Shown here: one piece after another, positions 40,101 to 54,500 of the stretch | Layout of the letters: each line of letters begins with the position of its first letter | Numbering within the stretch: the first letter of the stretch is position 1 | From: Paraspadella gotoi | Taxonomy: Eukaryota; Animalia; Chaetognatha | Length of the DNA: 64,000 nt | Assembly (NCBI GenBank): GCA_051294375.1 | Contig: CM119268.1 | Coordinates: 15,563,103 to 15,627,102 of the forward strand | Reading direction: 5' to 3' | Notes under the pieces: generated by a model | The model's input: the letters and a program-made list of their open reading frames with translations, nothing else | Told to the model about the DNA's origin: nothing | The model's database searches: none | Program-made: the position numbers and the translations under genes

Positions 40101-40680
40101 ATAATTTTTTTTTCATTTCATGTTTGCACCTTAGAGGAAGGCAGAAGTCTTCGAAGTACTGTACTATTTCATCATGAATAAATTATTAATTCTACTAAGT
40201 TTCAATTTTTTTCTTCTGGTATGCAAAGACCAAATAAATTCTCAGCTATCATTTGAATCTAATCCTGCCAAAAACCTGACTCTGAAAATCTATTTAAATT
40301 TGGGGCTATTAACTTAATGGTTTAGTCTGTTGGCTTATACACGGATGAAAAGCAGAATGTTAACAAAATGACAGATTTGTTGAAAAAAAAATATGATAAA
40401 GCATAGTGTTGACATCGAAGGCAAGGTAAAATCTTGACGAAAAATGAATGTGTCGATTGCAGAGATTGTCCGATGATTTTTGTAGTAGAGCAGAAATGAA
40501 TATTGAAGAGGCCTAACTGCTCAAAGTAATAACAAAAAAACTGTGATAAATAATAAAACGTATTCTTTTTATACGTAGGCAAAAGAAGAATTCGCCGCTG
40601 AAGTAATGAAGAATAAAGAGGCGCAGAACTTCGCCGCCAACGCGGCCATGAGCGCCGCCTCAAGCACCTTGGCGCCGTGA
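37185..40680 (+). CDS. SCAMP: Secretory carrier-associated membrane protein, 10 exons
   Basis: [16 protein letters not shown], coiled coil [91 protein letters not shown]; stop TGA at 40678-40680. The start could be 37185 or 37194. Confidence 0.95.
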
Positions 40681-42110
40681 TGGCGTGGCCAACAACGAAA
40701 CATCAATGCGGCTTTCATTTCTGACTGTTGGTAGCGCAGAGGCGTCACCAGTGGCGAAAAAGTAAATTCTCGGGTAGTCAGTTAAACACGCGTCTTCGCA
40801 ACTGTCGATGCTGTTGCTCTTTTTTATTTATTTTCCGTTGCGTTGTCTTCAAGACAGATTCATTACCGCAGTATTAAAAACAATTTTGAAAATGTTTCGT
40901 TGAAAAAAATTTCATTTAGTTGACGTCGTTCTTTCATATTACTCGATCCCTCCCCATGCTTTTAACGTGTTTGACCGTTTTATTTATCGGCTGAATAGAG
41001 AATTACACTATGAATGTTGTAAATTTTCGAGGTTAAGACGGCGCGTTGACTTTTTTTTTAGTGCTGACTTTTCTCCATTTGTTTGCCTACTGATATTTAT
41101 CTTAACTAATTTATTTATTTCAATTTCGGGTTTTATCCATTTATGCTCACTCAAAAATAGACGTTCTTTTACGTGATACGAGTTTGAGTTGCTATTTCCG
41201 TGGTTTACAATTTATATTAGTAATTTAGTAACTAGGTATGTATTTTTATTTCGTCAGCTAGAGAATAACTGCTAGAAGAAATATTTGAATATCAAAGCAA
41301 AGGGACAATTTCGTAAAAAGTACAATTTCATAAAAAGGTCAAGTCAATCTGTATTTTAATATCAAAGAGAAAAAAACTTTCATCACCCATAAATATATAA
41401 TAAATATAAAATAACCTAAGAAAAGAATCAAGAATCGTTGTTTCGAAGTGTTGGAGCCAACTTAAAAGTTAGATCATCCGATTCTTCGAAGTTTTCTCAG
41501 AAAACCTCCTCTCTAGTCTCGCTCGATCTCTTTCTCTCTTTTTTTTTTCTCCCCCATTTATTTTCTATTTTCCGCTCTTCTCGACTTTTGTTCGAGTCGG
41601 AGTTCGTGTTGGCACGAAAGACTCCTTTCACAATTCCCAGAATTGAAAGGATTTCCCTCTTATTGAGACCAATGGCAAATCCGGAATGATTACTCATTGT
41701 CTCGCGATCCTTGATCGGGGAACATTTCCGATAAACACTTTTTATACGTCACCACAAAAGTATAAATATTCCACCCCTCGCAGACTATATTATAATTTTA
41801 ACAAAAAAAGAAAAAGGAAGTGGTTACAAATGACTTCCATCGAAAAACGAAAAAAATATTAACCGAAAAAAAAAGGCGATGACGTCGACATTTTTTTGTC
41901 GCTCGCTTCATATAATACCTCTCAGGATTTGCCTGGATAAATAGGGGACTTTCGAACAACGGTGCAACATTTCAATAGTATTAATACGTACGTAAATAGT
42001 AAAATACGCATTTGTTTATCGCAAATCGACAGCGTATTCGACGTTCTTTCAAATAGTATGAATTGAAAAAAAAAAAGAAGTTATTTTACTTCGTCTACTC
42101 CATCGATGCC

Positions 42111-45100
42111 ATGTCGGTCTCGAGTGATTCCACGTCGGATTCCGACTTTCGTTACTTGGATTTCGAATTGTCGATCGTGTTGCCGATTCTGAGTATCGAC
42201 GCAGACTACGTGACGGATCCTTTCAAACGGAGGGCGCCTCCGCTGCAGAAAATTCGACGAAGAGATGGAGGGTCTGGGTGTTTTGAGACGATGAGGCGCT
42301 ATCAGGTAAGGCTATGGTGGACTAAAATCCACCAACCGTTCATCAGCGGCCATTTGTGCCGGAGGCAAGTCATTCGCCTCCCAACCCAAAGGTCCGGGGT
42401 TCTAGCCCGGTGGCCGCCTAGCAGTTAAGAGGGACGGGGCGCTTAACCCACCTGTAACATGGTGTTATAGCCTGATCCGAAGCTCAGGGACTGCTTATAT
42501 TGAACGGTTCTGTCACTAACACAACAATTATAACTGTCTCTTAATTGGTGAGGCCGACACAAGTGAAACGATGTAGGAGATGCAAAAATATTAAAAGCAG
42601 CCCAAAAATTAGGACTCCATGCGGATATCTCTGCTCCACGAGACGTTCCAAGGTCTCGGCAAAAACTTTGACGAGCGCGATCAACAACACTGCAAGATTC
42701 TAATGCAGCGTATCAACGAACCTCGACGAGGAAAGCTCTACTGGACGATCAAGTGCTCCGTCGACATGAAGCAGATCGATCGCCTGAGCCGGAGCATGCC
42801 CCGCGACCGGACGGCATATTTCTTCGTCCACGACACCACCTTCGGTTTGATCCGCGGAACGTCGAAAGGCGCCGTTCTGGCTTATATATCACTCAGCTAC
42901 GCCAAGCATCGGGTCAGTTAAATTTGCTGTTACCTTAAGAGGGAGTGGGGACAAAATGTAAATGGAAGCGGGAAGTGCTCATGGGATAAAAATGAGAACT
43001 CGCGGCGCAACTTAAAAGTGAATACCGCCCCCCAAAAGCGAAGTTTATTGCCAAACGAGTAGGACAATAAACTTTTTGTGTAATTGGATTACTTGTATGC
43101 TAGTTACAAAATACATCATTATGATGGTAAAAACATCTGGGTGAAATTCGATACTGTACGTAACGCTTGATACAAAATGTAATACTGAATGAACATCGTA
43201 TTTTTTAGATTGTACAATTGAGACTCTTTCGTGCATTATGAACGTTGGAGATAAGGGGACCTATCAAGCTTAAAAGAATTTAAAACATTTTTGAGACTAC
43301 AAAAATTTGATATAGGTATATGTCGTCTCAGTACTTTAATTAATACAAATTCAATTATTATCAATATTATATATTTTATCAGGAAAAAAATTCGAATTGA
43401 TTTTAAAAATTCACCGTGATCAAGCCGGGGGACTTTTGTGGATACTTACAACGTTTCGAGTTTGAGAGTTTCGGGAATGTGGTCACTTTGAGCGACAGCT
43501 TGAGGTTAATTGAACTTTTTCTGTAAAATTCCTGGTAAGACATCCATTAATAATTGACCTAGTTTAAAAATTAGGCCGTCAAACATCTCCGTCACGTTCC
43601 CTTCGCCCCCTGCGTCGTCAACCCTTCGGAGGAAGTTGTTCGCCGTCCAATTCCGGTGCCTGCCGAGGTTGCTAGCGTCGGCGTCTTCCAATCCTTTAAT
43701 GAAACCCAAAAAGAGACTATTTATTCGGTCGTTACCATGGTGATGGACAAGGATCCGAAACCGAAACTGGCTATGGTGCAGGTAAGCGAAGGTTAGTTGT
43801 AATAAACAAACCAAAAAAAACAAAAAAAAACATCAATTGGCGGAATATGAAGAAAAAAATATCCCTCTTCAAACTTATCTCCAAGGGTCCGCCAGGTACT
43901 GGAAAGACCCACATGACCACGGGCATCCTGCAGCTGCTCGTGGCGGCCGGCATTCACAGAGAGGGCGCAATCCTCGTCTGCGCTCCTTCCAACGCCGCGG
44001 TCGACCAACTGCTTCTGAGAATCATGGACGAACCTTGGACGATGGCGTTGAGTTTGGTTCGGGTCGGAAGAGAAGAGAAGATGATGGAGGAAGTTAAGGT
44101 TGGTTTTAATATAGTTTAAGTTTAAACAATGACTTCACACAAGTTTTATAAATATTTGTTAGCGTGCACGATTACGCGGACCAGGAAAAAAGGTTTTTGG
44201 AGAACAAGATGTTGCTCGGAAAAACTACTGGTTTCAGCCGTCTTATTGACCTTCGGGTAGAGGATGGGGGCTTAAATAATCCTTGCCGCATATCCGTTTC
44301 CGCAGGAATTTCGCCCGACTGGCGAAACTCGTGGAGAAGTTCTGCAACAGATCGTCGACGCAGATATTCTATTCACGACTCTCAACAGCTCGGGCTCCTT
44401 CATAGTGAGATCGGCGAAGGAGTTGGGAAAGACCTATAGCTGCCTCATCGTGGATGAGGTGTGCCAAAGCGTCGAGCCCGACTTTCTCATCCCGATCGTC
44501 AACTACGAATTCTCTCGAGTCGTCGCCGTCGGCGATCATCTGCAGCTGCCGCCGACGGTGTTGTCGAGAGAAGCGAAGAGCCTTTATTATCAAAGGTACG
44601 ATCGATGGATCAATCAGTCGAATCAATAACTAGGTTTGCCGTCTTTTCTCCTCCTAAATAGGTCCTTCGTCGAGAGGTATCAAGACTACTTTTTCTCCCA
44701 CGGCCTCGAAGACGAGCTCATGATGCTGAACGTGCAGTACAGGATGCATCCTGCTATCTGCAGCTTTCCAAACGAGCACGTTTATGAGGGAAGGATTCAA
44801 ACGGACACCTCCGTCTTTAACCGGTAACCGGCGAGGATTTGCGCTATGTGGGCGAGGACTAATATCCGTATGGTGGACGAACTACTACAACAGTATCCTA
44901 TTAGGCTATTTGGCCCCTCGGCAGCAATAAAACGGGCTTGGAACCAGGCTTGAGGCTTTTCAAGGCCCCCAAGGCGGTTTACGGCCGTCCTCAAGTTTTT
45001 CGCAGGGTAGACAGCATTAGGGATCGATCCCGGTACCTAATGGTCATGATGGCTTTTCTTCATGAGCCACCGGTTCAAAAGTTTAAACTGAGAGAGTCAT

Positions 45101-47508
45101 GTTTTATAGCCGGGATGAACTCGGCGCCATGACGAAATGCATTGTTACGAAAATAGTTTAATGAAACATATCGTATGTACAAAATTTTACCTAGTGCATA
45201 CGGTAAAAAAGTTGACCAAATTCTGCATAAATATTTTTGAATAAACTCTTATTTATACATACATCACCAATATTCCCCACAGTTACAAAGGCTCCGTGAC
45301 CCCGTTTCCTCTCCGACCCTACGTGGTCTTTAACCTAAAGGGGACAGCCGAGGAGCGAGAGAACGAGAACGGAAAGCATCCCTTTTCCTGCTTCAATACG
45401 AGAGAGGCCGTGTTCGTGGTGCACCTTTTCATACAGATCATTCAAGCCGTGCCGGATCGGTCCATCGGGATCGTGACCCCTTATAGGGCGCAGAAGGCCA
45501 TAATCAAGGTGAGTTTCACTAAAGTTAACGAGATATTTTAGTATTAGATATAGATATTTTAGATATATAGATAGATATTTAGATAGATATATTAGATATT
45601 AGAAATAGAATAATTAAAAATTAGGATAAAGGAAAAAATTTATTTTCATTAAAGTATTTTAAAATTATATTCATGACATAAAGGTGCCCCTATAGACCTT
45701 TTCCCAGTATGTATCCCTATCAGAACATACAATTCTACTTTGTAGTCTTATCCCTATTAGTTTTTTTAAAAAATCATATATAACTTTGGTCCCCCATCAA
45801 AAAATTATCCATTCCCACCCCTTTCTGTTCAGCCTATTAGATATTATGATTTTTCATTAATGACTTTCTAACAGGAATGATGTGTGATATCTATTAGAAA
45901 ACTAGGACAGATTGTAATCTAACCTTGTGTTGTGTAGATGCTCCCTCTATTTCCAGAAGACAACACTGACTTCCCATTCCCAAAATGAGTTATTAGATGT
46001 AATGATAAGTAAAAAAATTTTAAGAAAGCAATATATATATATTTAAAGAATATAGATTAAATGGTAAATTTTTCATAAAATATAAAAATAAAAAATAGTA
46101 AAACAAGTAATTTGAAAATTTTCATATTAAAGTAAATTTGTTTTGGTTCGTGGATTGTGAGATGAACATGTGAATTAAAGGTTGCTACAGAACTTATAGG
46201 AAAAAATAATAGGAAAAAAATTAATAAAAGAAAAGAAGAAAGAAGGAGAGAAAGAAAGAAAAATGGAAAGAAACTCGGAAAAAGAAAGGGGGAAAAATTT
46301 AAGAATGAATAAAAGAATGAGAGACTGACGGTGATGAAAAAAAAAATCGCCAAAACAAGACGAAAGATAGTACAATGTACAAATACATGTACATTATACA
46401 ATGTACATGTATTTTACAATTATACAATGTACATGTATTTTGAATTTCTTCCTCCAGGCTCTCCTCAAGACTCTTCGCGTCAACGACGACGGGTTCATCG
46501 TTAAAAAAGATGGAATCTTTGGTCGCATCGATCCCAAGCGTCTATTCGACAAGAACAAGTGAGATGATGATGATGATAACGATGATCAATAATGATTATG
46601 ATGTTTTTTTTTTTTTGGATTATCTAATGCGGGCAATTAAAAAACTAAAAATAAACTCGACTCGTTCTATCGACAGAAACATCGTCTGCAAATCTTCACC
46701 GCGGCCGTCGATCGGCTCAAAACTATTAAGGGTAAAAAGAAGGGCAAACAAAAATGTTGGCTGAATGATTTCGTGACCGTCAAAACCGTCGACTCTTATC
46801 AGGTGAGAAAAAAAAAGTAAACAAAAAATCAAACAATGTCAATGATTCAATATTTTCTCTCTCTCTGTCTCTCTCTCTCTGTCTCTGTCTCAAGGGTGGC
46901 GAGAAAGACGTGGTCGTTTTCAGTTGCGTTCGCGCGTCACCCGAAGATCTCGAAAACGAAGACTTCGATATCGGATTCGTCCGCAACCGACAGAGGATGA
47001 ACGTCGCCCTCACACGGGTGAGACAAAAATATATACATTTAAGAAAAATTAAAAAAATAAAATTAAATAAATGAAAATTCACAAATGAATAAAAGTGAAA
47101 AAATGTATTTGTACATTTATTATTTTGCTTCTTTTTATTTATTTACTTTTATTTATTTAGAGAGTCTGCGTTTACATATAATCATAAACAAAAGCCATCC
47201 AATAGCATCCCATCATTTTCACTACTAGCGCCCGTGAGGCTCTCTGCGTCGTCGGCGCCTTCGACACGCTTGAGAGCGCCGATGAGAACTGGAACGCCCT
47301 CGGAGAAGACGCCCGTCAGCGCCGCAAGTTCGTGGACGGAGTTGGTAGAGTGGCGGAGACGATAGAGGGCATGAAGGAGGAGGTGGTGGAACGGATTAAA
47401 GCGGCGGTGAGAAAGGAGGGAGAGTTGATTGTGAAATGCGACGACGATGATGATGAAGACGACGACGACGTTGAAGATGATGATGATGATGATGACTATA
47501 GCGATTAG
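42111..47508 (+). CDS. Senataxin/UPF1-like SF1B helicase (short, about 13 exons; several junctions off by 1 nt, possible errors or pseudogene)
   Basis: FNETQKETI, VQGPPGTGKT, ILVCAPSNAAVDQL, LIVDEVCQSVE, VGDHLQLPPTV, LNVQYRMHPAICSFPN, IGIVTPYRAQ, VKTVDSYQGGEKDVVVFSCVRA, RMNVALTR/AREALCVVG; acidic tail. Confidence 0.85.
42346..42418 (+). mobile_element. tRNA-derived sequence (probable SINE head) in helicase intron 1
   Basis: 73 nt with acceptor-like pairing gcggcca/tggccgc, a B-box-like ggggttctagccc and tcgcctccca resembling tRNA-Gly(CCC); the anticodon stem does not pair. Confidence 0.5.
45623..46000 (+). repeat. Interspersed intronic repeat family B, copy 2
   Basis: Similar to 9771-10155. 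Confidence 0.85.
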
Positions 47509-48555
47509 TTGTTATTTACTGTTTACTTACGTAGTTCTAAGGACTAAAAAAGTTAACGCTTTTTATTGTTCCATGATATTCCAGTTGTTTCATGATGTTA
47601 TTCATGATGTTCCGCAATGTGAACCCAAGTCGGCTTTCATTTATTTTTTTGATTTTTAAATGATATAAAGCGTTTATAGTTTAGTGAATAAAAAATATTT
47701 TTATTGTGTACAGTGTACGCATTAGATTAGAATGATTTTTTTTGATAGTAACAATGATTTTTTTTAGTTTTGACTAATTCCGTAATAAATTGTTGACACT
47801 TGTCTTCTTAACTGCCGTTGATGCCTTTGTTTTTATTATAATTACTGATGTTTAACCGATTAGTTTTTTTTTTCTTTTGGGTTTAAAGCGATAGCTCTAT
47901 ACAATTCACCACTCACCAGCAATTAATTTCTTATTCTCGAACTTTTGGTTTCAAGATGTCAATTAAATAGCGAACTAATTTAATTGCTAAAGAACAAAAA
48001 CACTTATTCAGCGTTTAATACTCGTATGATTATTTTCTTTTCCTTATTAACATTTTTTAAGCTTATATTTCTAAACTTATATAAGTTTATATTACTTATA
48101 TAGTTATGTCCACTAACCGACAGAAAAAGAAAAAAGATAAAAGCATAAATATAACAAGGTAAATCAACCAAAGTAAGAATACTAAAGTATATTTAAAAAC
48201 CTAAAATTCATGTACAAAAAAATAAAACGCGTAATTAACTTGAAAACTTATTTTTAGTTAAAAAATTAAAAAAACATACCAACAAAAATCTCAACCCACA
48301 AACATTTTAATTCGCAACTAAAAATAAATTTTTTTCGTGAAATATGTACGTAACAAAAATCTTAACACAATTCTCAATAACAGTAACTACGAAAAACTTA
48401 ACAATGATTTTTTATGCTATAATTTTGATTTTCCGAATAAAATATTCCGATGCTATATTTTTTAACTGCCTTGTCATTCGTCAAACGGTATGAAAGGCAA
48501 TTTGAAAATTTTTAAGTAAAATTTCTCATGGACAATCGGATGGTAAGCAGTCCAA

Positions 48556-51500
48556 TCACGGACAGGCAGAGATGTCGACGTTGCTGATTTTGATGGAGGA
48601 GGAACTCAAGCTCCAGACGACGTTGTCCTCGTCCTTGTCGTAGTCTTTCACCATCACATCCTTGACGCAACCCCGGAAGTTGCTGTCCCCCATCGGCTGT
48701 AGGGGCCAACGATCGCGTTCGTTGTCTGAAGTTAAAAGAGGAGATAGGACATGAGAGAGAGACAGAGACAGAGACAGATAGATAGAGAGAGAACGAACCA
48801 GGGATTCCTCCAATGTAAAATTTGATTTCGCCCTCGTGCTTTTGTTGAGCATCGGAGTTGAAGGCAGTTTTGCCTTCGATCTCGTCGACCTGAAGATAGT
48901 ACGGAAATAAATAAATAAATACCACGGATAGTAAAGGTATTGTTAAGATTTGGATTCAAAGTTTAGATCAACACTCACAATGAGCATAAGGACAGTACGG
49001 ACGATCCTCGCGTCCACAGAGTGCCATTTGTTGTTACAGACTTCGAAGCCATCTTTGAATTTCTGAAAAAATCGCCCCCCCCAAAAAAAAAGCAAATTAT
49101 AACGAGCGACCCATTGAACTCAACTGCGGACTCTGAACTCACGTTGAAGTTTGACTGGAAGGTGACCATGGAATCCCTCGTCCCTGATCGCGTCTGCAGC
49201 CGCAAAATGAGCTCTCCCTGATGCAGTTCGAGCATCAGGCACGGAAGTTGGGGATCGTCTGTAGATTAAAGCGTTTTGGTACAATTATGGAATACGACTA
49301 CGAGCTTGGGAAATAAATAAGTCTCAAAAGTTTTGACGACTTATTCTTTTACCAAGATGGTATGTGAGGTAATAAATCTTTTTTTTCACAGTAAAGCTAC
49401 GGATTTACTATTTCATTTCGACATATCTTGATATGATTACTTCTAATTCGCCCATAAACATTTTTCACACACTTTAATTTACAAATAATAACCTACTGTA
49501 GATTGGACAATGGGCATTAAAACAAAACTATTTCACCCAAATTTAGGCTTTTAAGCGCGCATCAGCCATTTCACCTACAATATAATTTCCAAAGTCTTAC
49601 TCTTACCAGGACTTCCCAAGGCTAAGAGGACGCCTTCTCGACTCGTCGTCTTGAACTTGAGCTTGATTTGCATCCAATCGTCGATGACGAACTGGTCGTA
49701 GAGTCTCGCGTATCCTAAAACCAAAGTTTAGTTCACCATGTAACAACCGTATTCCATAAATATTGAAAGAATGGATAATTTTTAAATCGGTTGTCCTATT
49801 TCATAATAATCAGTGAAGAGTACGATATATTATTGCCGGAACAACTACTTGAGAGAGTGGTTTTTAGTTTTTAGTCTATAATTCACTTTGTCGGTCCGTC
49901 GGTCCGCCCCCTAAATCTTGTCGAGCATTCAATTATATCATGTCAGAACATCAAATTATGATAAATTATGCAAAAAAAACGATGTCCGTCCGTCCGTCTG
50001 TCTGTCCGTCCCACCTTAGCAAAAAACACCAATTACTCGTGATTGGATGGATGGATTGGAATGAAATTTTGTTTGTAGGTAAGGAAGTGTGTATTTGAGC
50101 TGGATATGAAGTTTCGATGGAATCGTCCGAGTGGAAATGAGTTTAAATAGAAAAAACAAAAAAATATATTTCACTATTTGAACACCAATTACTCATGAGT
50201 GGATGGGGCGATTGACTTAAAATTTTGTATTTGGGTGGAAAAGTGTGTGATTAAACTGGAAATCAAGTTTCGATAGAATCGTTTGAGTGAAAATGAGTTG
50301 AAATGGAAAAAACAAAGAACAAATGCTTCTTTTTCTTTTTATTTTAAATATAAATGCAAGATGTATTAATTAATCAAATAATTAATTAGTTAATTAATCA
50401 ATTAGTCAATTAATTAATCAATAATTAATTAATCAGTTAATTAATCAAAACAAACATTTTTGATCAAATTAATTGCATAATTAATTAAATAATTAACTTG
50501 AATAAATTAATTAATTAATTAATTAATTACCGATAATGATCGTGGGCAGATCCGACATTGTTTGCTCAAACTTGTTTTTTAACATTATACCACTTCATTG
50601 TCGGAAAGCCAGGTACTTTTTTAGTTAATAAGTAGATTGTCAGAGAGTCCTGATTGAAAGCTTGCAGGGCCACGCCAAGTAAGAGAGATAGAGGCCTGAG
50701 CAATGTACAAAGCATGTCCAAAGTCAAGGGCAAGATAGCTTATTTATTTAAAGGATAATTTTTATTTTGTTTGTACAAAATTTTTTAACATTTTACAGCG
50801 TTGATTAAAAAATGCCATAATCTAACAAAACTTTTCCACGCACCCTGTCCCGAAAAGTGCGCTCCTTTGATGAGGCCGCCCTCCCTCGGAGTGTTACAGG
50901 GCTTCGCGTGTCGATTCTCTCCCAACGGATTCTCCTCCATCTTGGAAAGTTTTTCATTGATGCGGAAGTCTTTTACGCAGCCTTGTAGCGGGTAGAGGAT
51001 CTGAAAGATTAAAATGAATTAACAGATAGAAAAAGTTTTTTGACGGTAGTTTTTTTAATAAACTGAATGGATGGAGTTAAACGTTTAGAGTGGAGTCCAA
51101 AAATTTCACTCTCTTATCTGATTTTTGGACAATATTTTAAATCGGATTAAACTTTCAATAATTTATCGAATTACTAGTAGAATAAACAATTTAAATAGGT
51201 AGGGATATTGGTTTATAAATACGAAACGGAAATTAAATGTGATTGGTTTATATAAAATTAAATAAAAGATGAAGTATTTTTGAAAAATTATCTTCACTAG
51301 ATAGATTTGACGGATGCCAACTAAAAAGGTAAGTTTAAATAAGGATTTCTTTTTCCGGGTCTTTTCCACGTCCCATATCCTCGCCGCGGTTTGCATCGCG
51401 GGAGAAAAGGACCGAATTCATTTTTACGGCCAATATTGGGCTATTTCCGTAGCTATTATACGGTGTAGTACATCCTAAATAATTAACGGCTAATATTCTT

Positions 51501-54500
51501 TTTCTATGGTGGGGAAGGGGCCGGAAGATTATGCGTGTATATAAAGAGAGAGGACGATTCTCGCTAATGATTCGTCAGATGTTCGACGTTAAAAATTCGC
51601 GAGACTTCCGTTTTATAAAGGGAAAAAAGTAGGGATTGCGCGTGAATTTTGTTGAATAAAAAATAGCATACCGCGTAATACTGCGTATCGACCTGAAACG
51701 AAAAATCAACGGCTTTTGTTTTAGTTTAAGTTCATCAGACGGCAGGAAATCAATTTGCATTTTGCTGTCAAGCATTGAATCGCATTTGCGGAAACGCCAC
51801 AAGACACCTCGTACAAAGGAAAATAAAAAAAATAAAAAAACTAACGAGTTTGAAAGGCATGGATGTTCTCGGTCCGCCGATCTTAAGTTTCGGACTCCAG
51901 TCCACTGCTTCCGACGATTTCTTCATTTTTCCCTCCTGAGAAAACAAAAAATTAAGTGAGAAGAGAGAAACGAGGAAAGAGAGAGATAGAAAATAGAAAG
52001 ACAAAGAAACTCACCATCACTTCCCCGCCGTCAACTTGAAGGCTGATGGACTTTCCGTCTTTCACCACTTTCACCTAAGAATAAAAAGAAAGAAGATTGT
52101 TTAAGAAAAAAGAGTCTCCTCTTGATTTCAATCTCTTTTTATGAAAAATGAAATATTATTTTCTGTAGTTTTAATCATTCTCTAACGGCGGAACAGGTCT
52201 TTTTTTTCTTCACAAATAGCCTAATCTCAATGCCAAACTACCCATCACATCTTCACCTCGTGAAAATTTCCGTCGGAAAACTCCAGCCCGTCTGTCATTA
52301 GCCCCTTCTGACTCGGCTGACCCGGCTTGTCCTTTGGCTTCTTGAAGTTGAGCACGACGTTTCCGTCCATCAAGTAGGCCGTCAAGTAGACGTCCTTGTT
52401 GTACACGCTGGGCTCCATGTAGAATAGGATTCCTAGGAGAATAACAATTACGTATATGGAATTAAATAGAGCGGAACAACTTTTTTTGTTAGATCCTTAT
52501 CTCAATTTGATATTTTCTTAGAACACTTAATATTCAAACAATTCTTCTGGACCCTCCGTTCACATATGTGAGAAATAGTCACGTGACCGGCCCCGTCGAC
52601 GACATCCGTATCCTAACCGTTCTTGTAGAAGCTCCTAAACTTGAAGGAGATGGTGAACCTCCTCTTAAAGTCCTCGGCCATATCCTGACCCACAACTTGG
52701 AAAGGGTTGACGACAGCGCGGGAGAGACGATGGTCCCCGAATCGAAGGGCGTTCTCTTCCTGCATCAACTCGGTCGTCACCGCGCAGTCGCCCTTTGGAT
52801 GTCGAGAAAAGTAAAGGGGGAAGTGGGCGTGGACGGAATGCCGTATTAAGTTTTTAGTTTTTATTATTACAGCCGCAAAGCAATCCGCCAACAACGTTAG
52901 TTAAATTAAACAAACCACAGTGTGAATGTACATGAACAAAACAAAATTAAGCGTCTTTAAATCTTATTTCTTTCGGCCGAAATTAAAAAGTTTCGAGTTT
53001 TAAAAATCAAACATAAGTTCGCCGCTCGGAAGCGACGAGGGTGGAACCTCATAACAAACACGGTGGTCGCGGTGAACCTTCACACGAAAACAAAAGGGAG
53101 CGCGCGCGCATAACAGAAAACGGTGAGTGCTTCTTTTATCTTTGTTGACAAAATGATTAAAAGTAAGTTGATTACCTCGTGCTGTTTAACAAGGGAGAGG
53201 CCGATAATTCCGGACTTTTTTTAGAATTCGTAAAAAGTGGATATTTTGTTGTTGCGGTTTTTTTTTAGTTTTTAAACAAAACGATAAAAATACGAAGCGA
53301 CAATCATTGCAGAATTATTCTTATATCAATATTACGAAAGGAAAGCTTATTAAAAAATAGTGCGACCAATAGAGATTTGAATGCATCAAAACTTTTGGCA
53401 AATCAATTGATGATTTGAATTGATTTTTTTGTTTTTTTTTGCAGCAAATCTTTATTTAACTAAGAATCACAGAAATAAAAATTTACAATGATTCACTTAA
53501 TATAAATTATGTTTTTTTCTGGCATAATTTAGTAAGCAAACGCTCTAACCAACATGTTCCACAACCCTTGACTTACCTCTGGCGGCGGTCTCGGCAAATA
53601 GCGCCGCCCGATGTCGGCGTTCTCAAAATCGGCCGGCGCGCCGAAAGGATAAGGGACCGGGTTGGAGGCGACGCCGATCTTAACGTTCTCCACGTAACCG
53701 AGAACGGATTTAGAATGGGGCAGGGGAACCACGCCGTCGCCTAAGAGAAGGTAAGAGGGTGTTTGGGAGTTTGGGACTTTAAAGTAATTTTATGGATTAT
53801 GATATCTAACCGAGAAAAAAACTCCAAAATCTAAAATAATGGGAAAAAAGAAGTGAGCCAAAGGGGTTACGATTGGGTGAGGTCAAAAATCTTAGAGTGA
53901 AGCGATTCCAGTAAAGACCCCTGTAAATAGTTGATGCGTGTACATTCATAAAATATAATGCATATGATCCCCTCACTCTTAAAAGGTTCCGGATATCCTC
54001 CGATGAAGAGCCGAGTAACGTCGATGCTTCCGTCGGCTCCCGGCAGCGTCACCGAGTTGGCGTTGTCCCCGTCAACGTTCATCGTCAGACTCCGCGTCCC
54101 CGCGTCGTAGCGAATCTCCACCGATTTTCTCGCGCGCGTGTTGTGATCTTTTAGCGAGGTCATGACCACCTCGGGAGAAGTGCGAGTTCGGAACCGGGCT
54201 TGGACTTTGCCTTTGGTAGGGGGGGGAACATAGGGGGGGGTCGTAGGAGAAAGACAAAGAGAAAAAAAGGCGTATTATAAAAATTAGAAATACTTCGTTG
54301 GCGGGGCACAAGGTCAACAGAATTCGGATTAAAAAAACGAAAAACGAAAAACAAATAAAAAAAAATGAGAAACGACAACGTACTGTACAATGTACAATGT
54401 ACAATGTACAATTTTAACGTACTGTCGACGAGGCCGACGCTGAAGTAGCCCGTATTGCCGTTCCGCCCGAGCAGCAGCAGTCCGTCGCTGCCCTCGGGGG

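Noticed and set aside
42346-42418. Functional tRNA-Gly gene
   Set aside because: The anticodon and D stems do not pair; treated as a SINE head or pseudo-tRNA.
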